DNA of 62,912 bases, counting the filler. It is 3 parts of 3 records of this genome, joined end to end, with 100 filler letters (N's around TTAATTAATTAA, not from the genome) between each part and the next. Parts side by side here need not be neighbours in the genome. Positions count along the whole stretch, not along the records: positions 31,836 to 62,912 come from SRR31156797_12697; 2 more parts are not named here. One strand, 5' to 3'. The position numbers were made by a program, and so were the translations under genes. This document shows, piece after piece, positions 40,425 to 50,860 of the stretch (positions are counted from its first letter, which is position 1; each line of letters starts with the position of its first letter). The notes beneath the pieces are model-generated. The model saw only the letters and a program-made list of their open reading frames with translations, was not told the origin of the DNA and searched no databases.

Positions 40425-41634
40425 TAAGGTAAGAGGGCAGTTTTCTGCCCTTTCACAACTGCATAATGATAAACCCGTTGTTTTCTTGGATGGCCCTGGT
40501 GGATCACAAGTTCCCCGTTCGGTAACAGAACATATGTCTCATTATTTGGGGCACTACAATTCCAACTTAGGTGGCCATTATTTTTCCAGCCAAATAACCA
40601 CTGACTTGATGCAAAGAGCCCGCGAGCATGCTCAGGCACTGTTAAATGCAGAGTGCTCAGGCAACATAGTGTTTGGCGCAAACATGACATCATTGACTTT
40701 CCAGTTGAGTCGAGCGATTAGCCGTGACTGGCAAATCGGTGATGAAGTGGTTGTCACCGCGTTAGATCATTACTCCAATGTTTCTAGCTGGCAACAGGCA
40801 GCAGAAGACAAAGGGGCGATAGTGCACCAAGCTCGGATCAATCAAGACGATTGCACGTTAGATGTCGAGCATCTGATTTCGTTGATCAATAACAACACCA
40901 AACTTGTCGCCGTTACTTTTGCCTCTAACACCACAGGATCGATTGTTGATGTAAAGCGCATTGTGGAAGCTGCTCATAAGGTTGGTGCTATGGTATACGT
41001 TGACGCTGTTCACTATGCCCCTCACCACCTGATTGATGTTCAAGATCTTGGATGTGACTTTTTGGCCTGTTCGGCTTATAAGTTTTTCGGCCCTCATGTC
41101 GGTATCGCTTATGTTTCTCAAGACTGGCTACATAGCTTAAAACCTTACAAAGTTGAACCTGCGACTAACATCGGTCCGGGACGATTTGAAACGGGTACTC
41201 AGAGTTTTGAAGGTTTAGCGGGAGTCATTTCAGCCATCGATTATCTTGCACAATTGGGCAACCCTAACGACAGCTTACGTAAAAGGTTAATCGAGAGTTT
41301 CAAGCTATATAACCAGTATGAGCAACAACTGAGTGAGTATTTTTTGCAGAAGCTTGATCAGCTGGAAGGTGTCACTCTGTATGGGTTGAATACTGCTGAG
41401 AGCTACTTTAGAACTCCGACATTCGCCATTCGTTTTGAAAATTATCCACCGGAGTTTGTGGCCAAAACTTTGGGTGAACATAATATTTGTGTCTGGAATG
41501 GGCATTTTTATGCGTTGGGGCTAGTTCGTCAATTGGGATTGGAACACAGTGGCGGCGTTGTCCGTATTGGTTTTATGCATTACAACACCAAGGCTGAAAT
41601 CGATAAGTTGTTTGAAGTGCTGTCTAGTTTGTGA
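40408..41634 (+). CDS. Cysteine desulfurase-like PLP enzyme (VC1184 / TIGR01976 type)
   Basis: FLDGPGGSQVP, DHYSN, DAVHYAPH, CSAYKFFGPH (PLP Lys), FETGT, WNGHFYA; overlaps the upstream gene. Confidence 0.88.
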   Translation: MPFNLDKVRGQFSALSQLHNDKPVVFLDGPGGSQVPRSVTEHMSHYLGHYNSNLGGHYFSSQITTDLMQRAREHAQALLNAECSGNIVFGANMTSLTFQLSRAISRDWQIGDEVVVTALDHYSNVSSWQQAAEDKGAIVHQARINQDDCTLDVEHLISLINNNTKLVAVTFASNTTGSIVDVKRIVEAAHKVGAMVYVDAVHYAPHHLIDVQDLGCDFLACSAYKFFGPHVGIAYVSQDWLHSLKPYKVEPATNIGPGRFETGTQSFEGLAGVISAIDYLAQLGNPNDSLRKRLIESFKLYNQYEQQLSEYFLQKLDQLEGVTLYGLNTAESYFRTPTFAIRFENYPPEFVAKTLGEHNICVWNGHFYALGLVRQLGLEHSGGVVRIGFMHYNTKAEIDKLFEVLSSL

Positions 41635-41651
41635 CTGAGGTTAAACCAATG

Positions 41652-41673
41652 AGGCTCGGTAGTTACCGAGCCT
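41652..41673. terminator. Hairpin between convergent genes
   Basis: AGGCTCGGTA-gt-TACCGAGCCT. Confidence 0.6.
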
Positions 41674-41687
41674 TACTAATTTGAGCG

Positions 41688-42515
41688 TTATTCTGCGCTC
41701 ACTTCAACCTCGTAAGAGGTGAACTTACGAATGTTAATGACCCCAGTATCAAGGATTAGGTATTGACCTTTGATACCTTGTAGTACGCCGGTCACCTCAG
41801 GCTCTTTATCGAAATTGTGTGAGGTGATTTTGGTCGGAAATACTTCAACCGGGTAATCTATTGCGGTGATGTCTGAGCTGAGCTCCTGAATCGCATCTTC
41901 ACCAAATTGCTGCTTTATTTCTGCAATTCTATCTGCCACTAAAGGACGCAGTTGCTCAAAGTGCGCTTCAAGCGCCATCGGCTCTGCGTTACCTTTTAAT
42001 AACCTACGCCAGTTAGTCTTGTCTGCGATGTGTTTTGCAAGTTCGACTTCCACTAAGCCTGATATCTGGCGAGTTTTTACTTTATAAATCGGTAGACCTT
42101 GAGTGGCTCCCTGATCAATCCATCGCGTCGGGATTTGAGTATGGCGAGTGATGCCAACTTTCAAACTTGAAGTGTTGGAAAGGTAGACATAGTGGTCAAC
42201 CATACAGTTGTCTTGCGCCCAATCCGGCTCACGACAAGTGCCTTGATCAAAATGACAGGTTTCCGGCTTCATTATGCACATGTCGCAGCTGGCCAGTTTT
42301 TTCATGCACACAAAGCAGTGACCTTGCGAGTAGCTCTTCTTCGTTTTCTTACCGCAAGAGCAGCAGAAAATATTACCCGTGTGTTTGAGGGTAATCGGTT
42401 TATTAATAAACGGGTTTAAGTCGATAAAGCTTTCCCCGACCGGAAGCTGATATTGGACGTGATCATCCAATTGAGCGCGCATTTTTTTTAGCACGCCTGA
42501 TGCGATTAATGACAT
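41688..42515 (-). CDS. DUF2797 family Cys-rich protein
   Basis: CCSCGKKTKKSYSQGHCFVC, HYVYLS, KVGITR, TRWIDQGA, GIKGQYL; start set at MSLIASG. Confidence 0.85.
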   Translation of the reverse strand: MSLIASGVLKKMRAQLDDHVQYQLPVGESFIDLNPFINKPITLKHTGNIFCCSCGKKTKKSYSQGHCFVCMKKLASCDMCIMKPETCHFDQGTCREPDWAQDNCMVDHYVYLSNTSSLKVGITRHTQIPTRWIDQGATQGLPIYKVKTRQISGLVEVELAKHIADKTNWRRLLKGNAEPMALEAHFEQLRPLVADRIAEIKQQFGEDAIQELSSDITAIDYPVEVFPTKITSHNFDKEPEVTGVLQGIKGQYLILDTGVINIRKFTSYEVEVSAE

Positions 42516-42594
42516 TACTTTTGCTCGTGTTTTATTTGTTTTGAGGTTATTTGAGTATAATTCTATCAAAAAGCATCGCTAGATGAGGGAAAAC

Positions 42595-42622
42595 ATCCAT
42601 CAACGTTAAGTGGTTGATGGAT
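42595..42622 (-). terminator. Terminator downstream of sanA
   Basis: ATCCATCAAC-N8-GTTGATGGAT, followed by GTTTT on the minus strand. Confidence 0.6.
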
Positions 42623-43335
42623 TATTGTTCAGCCTCGGTTTGGGGTTCGTTGTGCTCAGCGGTTTCAGTTGTCTCTGGCGTTGGTTCAGGGGAAATAATG
42701 ATTGGCTCTTTGGGGCCTAAGAATTTGGGTTGAACATTGAAGATATAGAGATCAAAAAATGCTTTGGTACGTGCAAAAATCTCGCGAATTCGAATGCTGT
42801 TACCGGATTGGTTGGTTGGGCCAGCAACCGCCAGGCAAGTGGCTTTAATATCGTGGTATTTAGCGATAAACAGTGCTCGCTCACAGTGAAAACGCTGCGT
42901 TACGATCAGGAAATTGTCGGTATCAAAAATGCGTTTTGCACGGACAATTGAGTCTAAAGTTCTAAAACCAGCATAATCTAAGTGGATATTTGAATCTGGT
43001 ACGCCGGCCTTTAGTAAGTCTCGCTTCATGGTCCATGGTTCGTTGTATGAACGATGAGCATTATCCCCGCTTAATAAAAACCGGGAAACGGTACCTTGCT
43101 CGTAAAGTTTAATTGCGGCTTCAATCCGATGAACATAGTAATCATTGAGAGTGCGCCCAAGGTACTTACTGGTACCCAAAACCACAGCCACCTGAAACTT
43201 CGGAACCTGATTGATGTCGCTAATAATATCATTCTGACTTTTCCAGCTCACCCATCTATCTATAGCCAAAATCAGAACGATGATTGTCGCTGTAGCAAAC
43301 AGGATTGCGTAGAGCCAACGTTTAAATGACGTCAT
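42622..43335 (-). CDS. sanA: SanA (ElyC/SanA/YdcF family) membrane protein
   Basis: VVLGTSKY, LSGDN..SYNEP, LDYAGFRTLDSIVRA, TQRFHCERA; start uncertain (43335 or TTG at 43374). Confidence 0.88.
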   Translation of the reverse strand: MTSFKRWLYAILFATATIIVLILAIDRWVSWKSQNDIISDINQVPKFQVAVVLGTSKYLGRTLNDYYVHRIEAAIKLYEQGTVSRFLLSGDNAHRSYNEPWTMKRDLLKAGVPDSNIHLDYAGFRTLDSIVRAKRIFDTDNFLIVTQRFHCERALFIAKYHDIKATCLAVAGPTNQSGNSIRIREIFARTKAFFDLYIFNVQPKFLGPKEPIIISPEPTPETTETAEHNEPQTEAEQ

Positions 43336-43376
43336 ACTTTTCAGTTGTCGCAAACGCAAAGAGAGAGTGTCCAAAA

Positions 43377-43700
43377 TTATATGTGCCGGTGTTTTTGAGC
43401 CCATAAACCAATAACAACAAAGCTGCCAATAACCAAACAAAACATCATGCCTTGTTCTAAACCTGCAAGTGTCCGAGTTAAGTAAGGGCTAGCTTTAATA
43501 ATGATTAATCCGTAACCAAACGCATTCACTAAGATAAAGGCGAGGGTTCGAAAAATAAAGTGTTGATTGCGCATTATACGTCGTAATAAAGCATTAATTT
43601 CACCCCCGAGCATGACGAGCAAGCATGCGATAAGAGCAATGGAGATATCACTTAAATACGGGGCTATATAACGCCCGGCTGGAGCAAAAAAGTTTAACAT
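43377..43700 (-). CDS. DUF3392-like small membrane protein
   Basis: Three hydrophobic segments; ACLLV.LG, FILVNAFGYG. Confidence 0.75.
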   Translation of the reverse strand: MLNFFAPAGRYIAPYLSDISIALIACLLVMLGGEINALLRRIMRNQHFIFRTLAFILVNAFGYGLIIIKASPYLTRTLAGLEQGMMFCLVIGSFVVIGLWAQKHRHI

Positions 43701-43720
43701 AGGCAGACTCTATCAAAAAA

Positions 43721-43775
43721 TATACCCAAGTAACCTTAAGGTGCAATTTGAACCATTGGAGGTTACTTGGGTATA
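43721..43775. repeat. Short ERIC-like miniature inverted-repeat element
   Basis: 16-bp perfect terminal inverted repeat TATACCCAAGTAACCT...AGGTTACTTGGGTATA; TATACCC/GGGTATA ends typical of ERIC-family elements. Confidence 0.7.
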
Positions 43776-43799
43776 TAAGCCCCTGCATTGAGGGGCTTA
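43776..43799 (-). terminator. Hairpin downstream of maeA, probable terminator
   Basis: TAAGCCCCT-gcattg-AGGGGCTTA. Confidence 0.6.
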
Positions 43800-43813
43800 A
43801 GAGTATTCTAAGG

Positions 43814-45502
43814 TTAGAATGCGGTACGCTTATAGCGGCGATAGGTCGGCTGCCAGAAGTGACTTTCAATTGCAGCTTCGAGCGCTTCATCAGTGATTTC
43901 TAACGCAACGCCTTGTTCGATGGCTTTTTTAGCCACAGCGAAGGCAATCTTCTTGGATACCGAGTGAATAGACTCGAGCGGTGGCAGTAACGGGCCGTGA
44001 CCGTTAATCGCCAGCGGCGAACAAAGCGCAAGAGCTCGGCTGGACTCCATCAGCATTTGGTCGGTGACACGTTTCGCGCCGACTGCTAATACGCCTAAAC
44101 CAATACCCGGGAAAATATAGCTGTTATTACATTGTGCGATAGGGTAGGTCTTGCCTTCATGTACCACTGGGTCAAATGGGCTGCCGGTTGCAACTAGTGC
44201 TTCGCCATTGGTCCAGCGGATAACGTCGTTGGGTGTTGCTTCAACACGGCTGGTTGGGTTTGATAGTGGGAAGACGATCGGGCGAGGGCAATGCTGATGC
44301 ATCTCTTTGATCACTTCTTCACTGAACAGACCTGGCGCACCTGATACACCAATCAGAACGGTTGGTTTGGCATTGCGTACTACTTCCAGTAATGAGTAGC
44401 CGTTAGTTTCTGAAACCCAATCTTGAGTGTTCGATTTCTTCTGCACTAAACGTTGTTGGAAATCGAGAAGGTTAGGCATACCTTCTTCGAGTAAGCCCCA
44501 GCGGTCAACCATGTAAACCTGCGAACGAGCTTGTTCGTCGCTGATGCCTTCCGACACCATTTGAGCGATGATTGCTTCAGCAATGCCGCAACCCGCAGAG
44601 CCTGCACCTAAGAAGGTGATGCGTTGTTCGCACAGTTGGCTTCCTGCAGCTTTACAAGCGGCTAATAGAGAGCCCACAGTAATGGCCGCTGTGCCTTGAA
44701 TATCATCATTAAAGCAACAAATGCGGTTCTTATAGCGTTCAAGTAGTGGCATCGCATTTTTTTGAGCAAAATCTTCAAACTGAATAAGGGCATCAGGCCA
44801 GCGATGCTGTACAGCTTGGATAAATTCTTCAACGAACTGGTCATATTCCGCGCCAGTAATGCGAGGATGACGCCAGCCCATGTACATAGGGTCGGCAAGG
44901 CGTTGTGGATTATTTGTACCCACATCCAGCACGATTGGTAGCGTGTATGCCGGACTGATACCACCACATGCTGTGTAAAGTGATAGCTTACCGATTGGAA
45001 TCCCCATGCCACCAATACCTTGGTCGCCAAGGCCTAAAATACGCTCGCCGTCAGTGACAACAATCACTTTAACGTTGTGGTTTGCTGCGTTGTTTAGCAG
45101 ATCATCAATGCGATCTCGGTTTGAATAAGAGATAAACAAACCACGACCACGGCGATAAATATTAGAAAAGTTCTCACACGCAGCACCAACCGTTGGTGTA
45201 TAAATGATTGGCATCATCTCAGAGATGTGATTTTGTACTAAGCGGTAGAATAGGGTTTCATTAGTATCTTGGATGTTTCGTAAATAGATATGTTTGTCCA
45301 TATCATTGTCAAAACTACAATATTGTTGATAGGCACGAACAACCTGTTCCTGTATGGTTTCTGTTGTTTCAGGAAGCAGCCCTTCCAAGTTGAACTCTGC
45401 GCGCTCGTTAGCAGAAAAAGCACTTCCTTTGTTTAACAGTGGAGTACTCATTAAAGCTGGGCCCGCATATGGGATATATAGGGGGCGTTTGTCGTTATTC
45501 AT
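43814..45502 (-). CDS. maeA: NAD-dependent malic enzyme
   Basis: [52 protein letters not shown]; 562 aa from MNNDKRPLY. Confidence 0.95.
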   Translation of the reverse strand: MNNDKRPLYIPYAGPALMSTPLLNKGSAFSANERAEFNLEGLLPETTETIQEQVVRAYQQYCSFDNDMDKHIYLRNIQDTNETLFYRLVQNHISEMMPIIYTPTVGAACENFSNIYRRGRGLFISYSNRDRIDDLLNNAANHNVKVIVVTDGERILGLGDQGIGGMGIPIGKLSLYTACGGISPAYTLPIVLDVGTNNPQRLADPMYMGWRHPRITGAEYDQFVEEFIQAVQHRWPDALIQFEDFAQKNAMPLLERYKNRICCFNDDIQGTAAITVGSLLAACKAAGSQLCEQRITFLGAGSAGCGIAEAIIAQMVSEGISDEQARSQVYMVDRWGLLEEGMPNLLDFQQRLVQKKSNTQDWVSETNGYSLLEVVRNAKPTVLIGVSGAPGLFSEEVIKEMHQHCPRPIVFPLSNPTSRVEATPNDVIRWTNGEALVATGSPFDPVVHEGKTYPIAQCNNSYIFPGIGLGVLAVGAKRVTDQMLMESSRALALCSPLAINGHGPLLPPLESIHSVSKKIAFAVAKKAIEQGVALEITDEALEAAIESHFWQPTYRRYKRTAF

Positions 45503-45708
45503 TTTTTGCCTATTTATATTGTGAGAAGAAGGTTGACCTAAAAATGATAACGGGTTGGTGACTACCTTGTAAATAGACAAACGGGCTGGTTGAAAACATT
45601 CTGCCAAGTGATTTAGCCCACCTCACAATAAAGTGTGTTCTTGTTTAAAACAGGGCATTAATATCAACAGGTTATTTATACAAATTTAATTACAGTTATT
45701 ACCTCATT

Positions 45709-48057
45709 ATGTCGTCACTTCCTATTCAATCGATAAAAAAAGCATTTTTAACCACCTTAGAGTCTTCTTCTGTCATCGTTGAAGCTGAAACGGGCTCCGG
45801 TAAATCAACCTGTTTGCCTTTTTGGGCTGCAGAAAATGGAAGAGTGCTGGTTGTTGAACCTCGTCGTATCGCTTGTACCTCTTTGGCCGAGTATTTAGCA
45901 CAGCAACGCGGAGAAAGTGTTGGTCAGTATGTTGGTTACTCGATAAAGCTAGAAAACCGTTTTAGTGAACAATCACAAGTTGTGTTTGTAACCCCAGGCG
46001 TCGCGTTGAGATGGTATGCCGAAGATAAACTGGCAAGCTTTGATATAGTCATGGTTGATGAGTTCCATGAACGTCGTTGGGATACCGATGTGCTTGTCGC
46101 TATGTTAAAGCAACAACAACGAGTTCGTTTGATTGTTACCTCCGCAACGATAGAGGGCGAGCGTCTTTCTCACTATCTAAAATCACCAAGACTTAAAGCC
46201 CAAGGACGCGTGTTTGACGTCAATATAGAGCATCGGGCCTTAGAATCACGCCATCTGCCAGATAGCCGCAATTTAGCGGAACGAGTAAAGAAAGAGGTGG
46301 TGTATGGATTGACCATAACTCGCTCAGACATTTTGGTATTTCTGCCGGGAAGAAAAGAGATCCAACAGTGCCAGCAGATATTGTCGGGTTTAGAGGGGGT
46401 GATTGTTGTGCCTCTGCATGCTTCGGTATCCGATGCCAAGAGAGCGTTGGCGTTAAACCCACAAGATCAGCAAAAAATTGTACTCGCTACCAATGTTGCT
46501 GAAACGTCACTGACGCTGCCCAATATTGCCATCGTCATCGACAGTGGCTTGGAACGTAGAAACGAACAACGTAATGGTCGAACGACGCTCACACTAAAAC
46601 ACATTTCCAAAGCAAGTGCTAAACAGAGAAGTGGCCGAGCTGGCCGAGTGATGGATGGTATTGCGATACGATTGTATGGTGAGCATGCTCCGATGGAGTT
46701 AGCAACTCCTCCAGCTTTGCAGCGTGAGGAGCTGGTTGAACCTCTGTTAGCGGCTGCAAGTTGTGGCTATCGTTTATCCGAGTTGGCGTTTTTGGAGCCA
46801 CTGCCAGAAAAAACCTTGAGCCAAGCCAGTTCGATACTCACCGGAATGAAAGCGATTGATCAGCATGGCGCTATCACGGCTCATGGAGTACAAATCGCTC
46901 CGCTTCCGGTTGATGCGTTATACGCGGATCTAGTGGCGCGAATAGAGAATCGAGCGCTTAAAGAAGCGATGATTGATCTTACGGCAGCGTTGGCGGTTCC
47001 AGCTGCGCTTTATAAATTGTCTGCAAATGAAGAGATCTTAGAAACTCTGAATCAGGAAGAACCCCTGAGCTGCGATGGCCAGTTGCTGATCCAGTTGGTG
47101 CGAGGGCATGAGTTCTCTGGCGTCAATGTCGATGTTGAAGCATTGAAAGAAGCGCAAGGTTTATCAGAACAAATGCGAGAGATCTATCAACTGCCTCAGT
47201 TGGAGGTTGCTTCACGTTATCAACAGCAACAATTAACGAGGGAAATCGCGAGATTACATCCGGAGCTGGTTTTTGTTCGTAGAGAAAGACGTAAAGAAGC
47301 GTTAGGTAATGGATACATGGAAGTGTTGGTTGGACGAAATTGCCGCCTGCAATCCAAGGATGAAGCAGCAATAGTTCTTGACCAGCATAGCTTGCCGGGA
47401 AGGGGCGTTAAACAGACATTGACTCTTGCAACCGTGATGATGCCCGTTTCGTTCCAGTTAATTGAAGAACTTGGACTTGGCGAGTGGCAACAAACCGAAA
47501 CCAGTGTTGAAAATGGTTCTTTGATGTCGGAGCAAAAACTCGTTTATGCCGGTCGTGTCATTAAGACACAACAAGTAGAAGCCAGCGGTGAGTTTGTTGT
47601 TCAGTCGATCATTGAAGCCGTTAAAGCTGAGCAGTGTTTGCCGGGTTTTGCTAAACAACGAATTCAAGATATTGAGTTGTGGAAAATCTATGTAGAGCTG
47701 GGGCGTGATGCGAACACTCAGACCCATGACGATTTAACCTTCGAGGATTGGTTTGCAAAACAGCTCTCCGGATTAGAAATTCGCTCGCTGGAAGAGTTAC
47801 AACTGTTTGAAGCGGACGATTTCCCTTTTGACGGTGTCCCGTATTGGGAAAAACAAGAGTTCGCCGAACTGTACCCGTTCGAAGTGGTGTTAAGTGATCT
47901 TCAGTTACAGGTGGAGTATTGGGTTAAGCGTAAGTTGGTTGTTGTGGTTCATCAGGGGGGCTTGCGTAAAGGCGATCCTAAACGTTGGGAGTTACCACGT
48001 TGGTCGGGTTACAAAGTGCAATATCGAAAAGCAAGTCGAGTGATAGACATCAAATAG
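45709..48057 (+). CDS. HrpB-like DEAH-box ATP-dependent RNA helicase
   Basis: AETGSGKST, EPRRIA, DEFHER, SAT, VFLPG, ATNVAETSLT, QRSGRAGR. Confidence 0.9.
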   Translation: MSSLPIQSIKKAFLTTLESSSVIVEAETGSGKSTCLPFWAAENGRVLVVEPRRIACTSLAEYLAQQRGESVGQYVGYSIKLENRFSEQSQVVFVTPGVALRWYAEDKLASFDIVMVDEFHERRWDTDVLVAMLKQQQRVRLIVTSATIEGERLSHYLKSPRLKAQGRVFDVNIEHRALESRHLPDSRNLAERVKKEVVYGLTITRSDILVFLPGRKEIQQCQQILSGLEGVIVVPLHASVSDAKRALALNPQDQQKIVLATNVAETSLTLPNIAIVIDSGLERRNEQRNGRTTLTLKHISKASAKQRSGRAGRVMDGIAIRLYGEHAPMELATPPALQREELVEPLLAAASCGYRLSELAFLEPLPEKTLSQASSILTGMKAIDQHGAITAHGVQIAPLPVDALYADLVARIENRALKEAMIDLTAALAVPAALYKLSANEEILETLNQEEPLSCDGQLLIQLVRGHEFSGVNVDVEALKEAQGLSEQMREIYQLPQLEVASRYQQQQLTREIARLHPELVFVRRERRKEALGNGYMEVLVGRNCRLQSKDEAAIVLDQHSLPGRGVKQTLTLATVMMPVSFQLIEELGLGEWQQTETSVENGSLMSEQKLVYAGRVIKTQQVEASGEFVVQSIIEAVKAEQCLPGFAKQRIQDIELWKIYVELGRDANTQTHDDLTFEDWFAKQLSGLEIRSLEELQLFEADDFPFDGVPYWEKQEFAELYPFEVVLSDLQLQVEYWVKRKLVVVVHQGGLRKGDPKRWELPRWSGYKVQYRKASRVIDIK

Positions 48058-48260
48058 AAGCAATCAGATTGTAGAATAAATATTAATCAATGCTCATATG
48101 TTGTTGAAAGCTGTAAGCACTTTTTGTTACTAGATTGGTTTTTATATAGCCGACCTAAGCCAAATAAATGCATAAAAGAACGTTTTTTTATATCGTATTG
48201 CTATAAAGTTAGAGATGCCTAATATTAAATACTGTGTTGCCAATTGTGTCGGGGGACAGA

Positions 48261-48638
48261 ATGGAAAAACAGCAACGTATTTGCGCAGTATTTGATTACA
48301 CCACGTTCTTAGGAGCCTCTTGTTCTAAAAAGTGGACTTTTTCCGAAGCGCTAAAATCGTTTGCTCCGGTTTTTGGAACGGTATGGCATGACACTGTAAA
48401 AAGTGGACAGTCTCCAGACCAAAGGTTATGGGATATCGCACTTACACGGCTGTCCAGTCGTCATAGTGATGAGTCAAACCTTGTGACTTTAGTAAAAATA
48501 GCCAAGCTGGAAGGAATTGAAGAGATAAGGCTTGTTATGCCTTACGCTCTTGATGAACAACAGATAAATGTCATTCAAACAGAAAGCGACGCTGATATTA
48601 AAATCGGAAAACAAGACGAGTTTATTATTACGTTATAA
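48261..48638 (+). CDS. Hypothetical protein
   Basis: ORF with GGGGA RBS before ATG 48261, followed by a terminator. Confidence 0.7.
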   Translation: MEKQQRICAVFDYTTFLGASCSKKWTFSEALKSFAPVFGTVWHDTVKSGQSPDQRLWDIALTRLSSRHSDESNLVTLVKIAKLEGIEEIRLVMPYALDEQQINVIQTESDADIKIGKQDEFIITL

Positions 48639-48669
48639 AAAAACGGGGCGTTAAGCCCCGTTTTGTTTT
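48637..48669. terminator. Bidirectional Rho-independent terminator
   Basis: AAAAAAACGGGGC-gttaa-GCCCCGTTTTGTTTT between convergent genes. Confidence 0.85.
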
Positions 48670-49771
48670 AATCAATTAAGCCATATTGCTTATCAAGAAT
48701 CTCAACGATTTCCTGTTTTGGATTGTCACTCAATTCAATTTTATGACCAACAATCTTCTCTGCAATACCTAAATAAGTACGTGAAATGTCCATTAATGCT
48801 TCTAGCGGTAATGCGTTATCACGAGCGAGAGCTTCGCGTTCAGGCATGCGTTCTTTATTAAGAAGAATGTCTGGATCTGGGAAGTAGTTCAGTAGGAACT
48901 GGCGGAAACCCTCTTTTGAGTTTTCAACGATCTTACCTGAGTTGTACTGCGCTTCATCCCAAATACGAGAAGAATCTGGCGTACCTACTTCATCCATATA
49001 AATAAGCTTTTCTACGCCACTGGCATCTGTCACATAACCGAACTCGAATTTGGTATCGACAAAGATTTGGCCAATCTCTTTTAACGCCTGGCTGATAACA
49101 CCGAAGCCATCTTTAAGCAGTTTCTCATAAAGCGCGATATCGTCTGCTTTGCTGAAGTTAAATGCAGCAAAGTTGTCTTCAATGTTTTTACGCGTAATGT
49201 TGACGTCATCCGCTTCTGGCACGCCAGGGATACCTTTTAAAATACCTTTAGTTGATGGTGTCATCAGTAGTTCAGGCAGTGCTTTGTCTTTTTCTAAGCC
49301 TTCTGGAAGTTCGATACCACAGAACTCACGTTCGCCTTTTGAATAAGCACGCCACATAGAACCAGTAATGTATTGGCGACAGATAGCCTCAATTTTTATT
49401 GGTTTTGCTTTTTGCACGATCCACACAAACGGATGCGGAATATCCAGAATATGGCTGTCCGCTAATCCATTCTCTTTAAACAGCTTGAACCAGTGATTTG
49501 AGATAGCGTTTAGCGCAGCACCTTTACCCGGTACGCCGGCGATACCGCCTTCAGCGTGCCAGATACAATCGAAAGCAGAGATACGGTCGCTAATCACCAT
49601 AATCGCTAAAGGCGCGTCTTGCGCGACGTTATAGCCTTTCTCTTTGATTAAACGGCGGCTGTCTTCTTCTGTTAACCAATAAACGGAGCGAACTTTACCG
49701 CTATGGACAGGCTGATGAGTACGAATTGGGAGGTCGTCGTTGACGGCGAGAACTTGGTTAGCAAGGCTCAT
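48668..49771 (-). CDS. purC: SAICAR synthetase, Vibrio type
   Basis: [53 protein letters not shown]. Confidence 0.95.
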   Translation of the reverse strand: MSLANQVLAVNDDLPIRTHQPVHSGKVRSVYWLTEEDSRRLIKEKGYNVAQDAPLAIMVISDRISAFDCIWHAEGGIAGVPGKGAALNAISNHWFKLFKENGLADSHILDIPHPFVWIVQKAKPIKIEAICRQYITGSMWRAYSKGEREFCGIELPEGLEKDKALPELLMTPSTKGILKGIPGVPEADDVNITRKNIEDNFAAFNFSKADDIALYEKLLKDGFGVISQALKEIGQIFVDTKFEFGYVTDASGVEKLIYMDEVGTPDSSRIWDEAQYNSGKIVENSKEGFRQFLLNYFPDPDILLNKERMPEREALARDNALPLEALMDISRTYLGIAEKIVGHKIELSDNPKQEIVEILDKQYGLID

Positions 49772-49944
49772 TGAGATAATCCTATCTTATTTCAAACGTC
49801 ATATTCCCTTTTAGCTTGTGTTATCGAGCATTGGAGGCCTGGCGATAAATTCAAGTTCAGAGAATAGAAAGACGATATCTAAATGCTGTGAGATATCAAT
49901 TACTGCGCGCATCATACCAGAACTATTTTATGTCGCCAGTGAAA

Positions 49945-49960
49945 AAGCAAACGTTTGCTT
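49945..49960. promoter_or_regulatory. PurR box upstream of purC
   Basis: AAGCAAACGTTTGCTT perfect palindrome matching the ACGCAAACGTTTGCGT consensus. Confidence 0.85.
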
Positions 49961-50005
49961 GATATTGTTACTCAGCAATAAGAGAGAGATTAAAATGGTG
50001 GGAGG

Positions 50006-50036
50006 AAAAACAAAAGCCCTCAGCAGACGCGAGGGC
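50006..50036 (-). terminator. Terminator of the SulA-like gene
   Basis: Minus strand GCCCTC-gcgtctgct-GAGGGC-TTTTGTTTTT. Confidence 0.7.
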
Positions 50037-50072
50037 AAAGGCAGTAATTTTGTTGATCTACGAAAAAGACAA

Positions 50073-50462
50073 TTAATGAAATTGCTGCTGAGTCGGTGGT
50101 AAGAAAAAGACTTCACAGTGATGCTCGTTGGCCATCTGTTGAAGGAGTTTTTGGCTGACAATATCAATGTTGCCTGAAGCAACAATGGCACTGGCATTGC
50201 CTGACTGAATGGCCTTCATCACAATCGTAATTTCAGATTGAGACTGAGAAGGTTTCATATGAATAATTCGGCTGCAGTGTATCTGGTGTGCAGATAGCTC
50301 ATGGTATTGTGGACGAGGACATTCGCCAGTAAACAGAATCCACTGTTTATGTTGAGACAAACTTGATAGGCGAGAAAACATATCTGGGTTGTTATTAACA
50401 TTATATGTGTTAGCAAAAGCTGAGTTATCAAAACTTGTGGTATTCAATTCTACGTTAAGCAT
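50073..50462 (-). CDS. SulA-like protein
   Basis: QWILFT..P, KAIQSGNASAIV pattern of the SulA fold; LexA box upstream. Confidence 0.75.
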   Translation of the reverse strand: MLNVELNTTSFDNSAFANTYNVNNNPDMFSRLSSLSQHKQWILFTGECPRPQYHELSAHQIHCSRIIHMKPSQSQSEITIVMKAIQSGNASAIVASGNIDIVSQKLLQQMANEHHCEVFFLPPTQQQFH

Positions 50463-50483
50463 TTCACTGTCCTTTTATACATG

Positions 50484-50499
50484 CTGTATGTCTATACAG
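50484..50499. promoter_or_regulatory. LexA (SOS) box
   Basis: CTGTATGTCTATACAG = CTGT-N8-ACAG, 21 nt upstream of the SulA-like start; degenerate second box CTGTCCTTTTATACAT at 50467-50482. Confidence 0.85.
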
Positions 50500-50860
50500 T
50501 AGTTGTTTGTCGGTTACTGATCAAGCAAAAAATGTCACTTTGTGATGATTTTTTGGCCTTTAGTGAGTGTGTCTTAAACTAAGTTTTTGAAAAATATGCA
50601 AATAAAAATATGGTGTTTTTGGTGGTTATTTGAGCTGAGTGGGGAGGTTCGAGAAAGGAGGAAGTGCCATACAGTGTTTTTGGACCACGGCGAACCAACT
50701 CTATGGCGACTGTGTGTAATCATTCTTTGAGGGAATGGTAGGGATAATCTTATTTGTAATCACTATTAGGATTTAAAGAATATTCCTACAGTACGTGCTA
50801 TATGCGCTTCTATAGGGTTACTTTAGAATCGGCTTGTAAGTAACTATTTCCAAATAAAGA

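Noticed and set aside
40408-41634. Calling this gene sufS/iscS
   Set aside because: No persulfide-forming Cys motif and no suf/isc neighbours
45503-45607. N-terminal extensions given by the ORF track for maeA (also the DUF2797, sanA and dioxygenase ORFs)
   Set aside because: Downstream starts fit family length and/or RBS position better
45667-45682. CAGGTTATTTATACAA as a LexA box for the helicase
   Set aside because: Both CTG and CAG half-sites are mismatched
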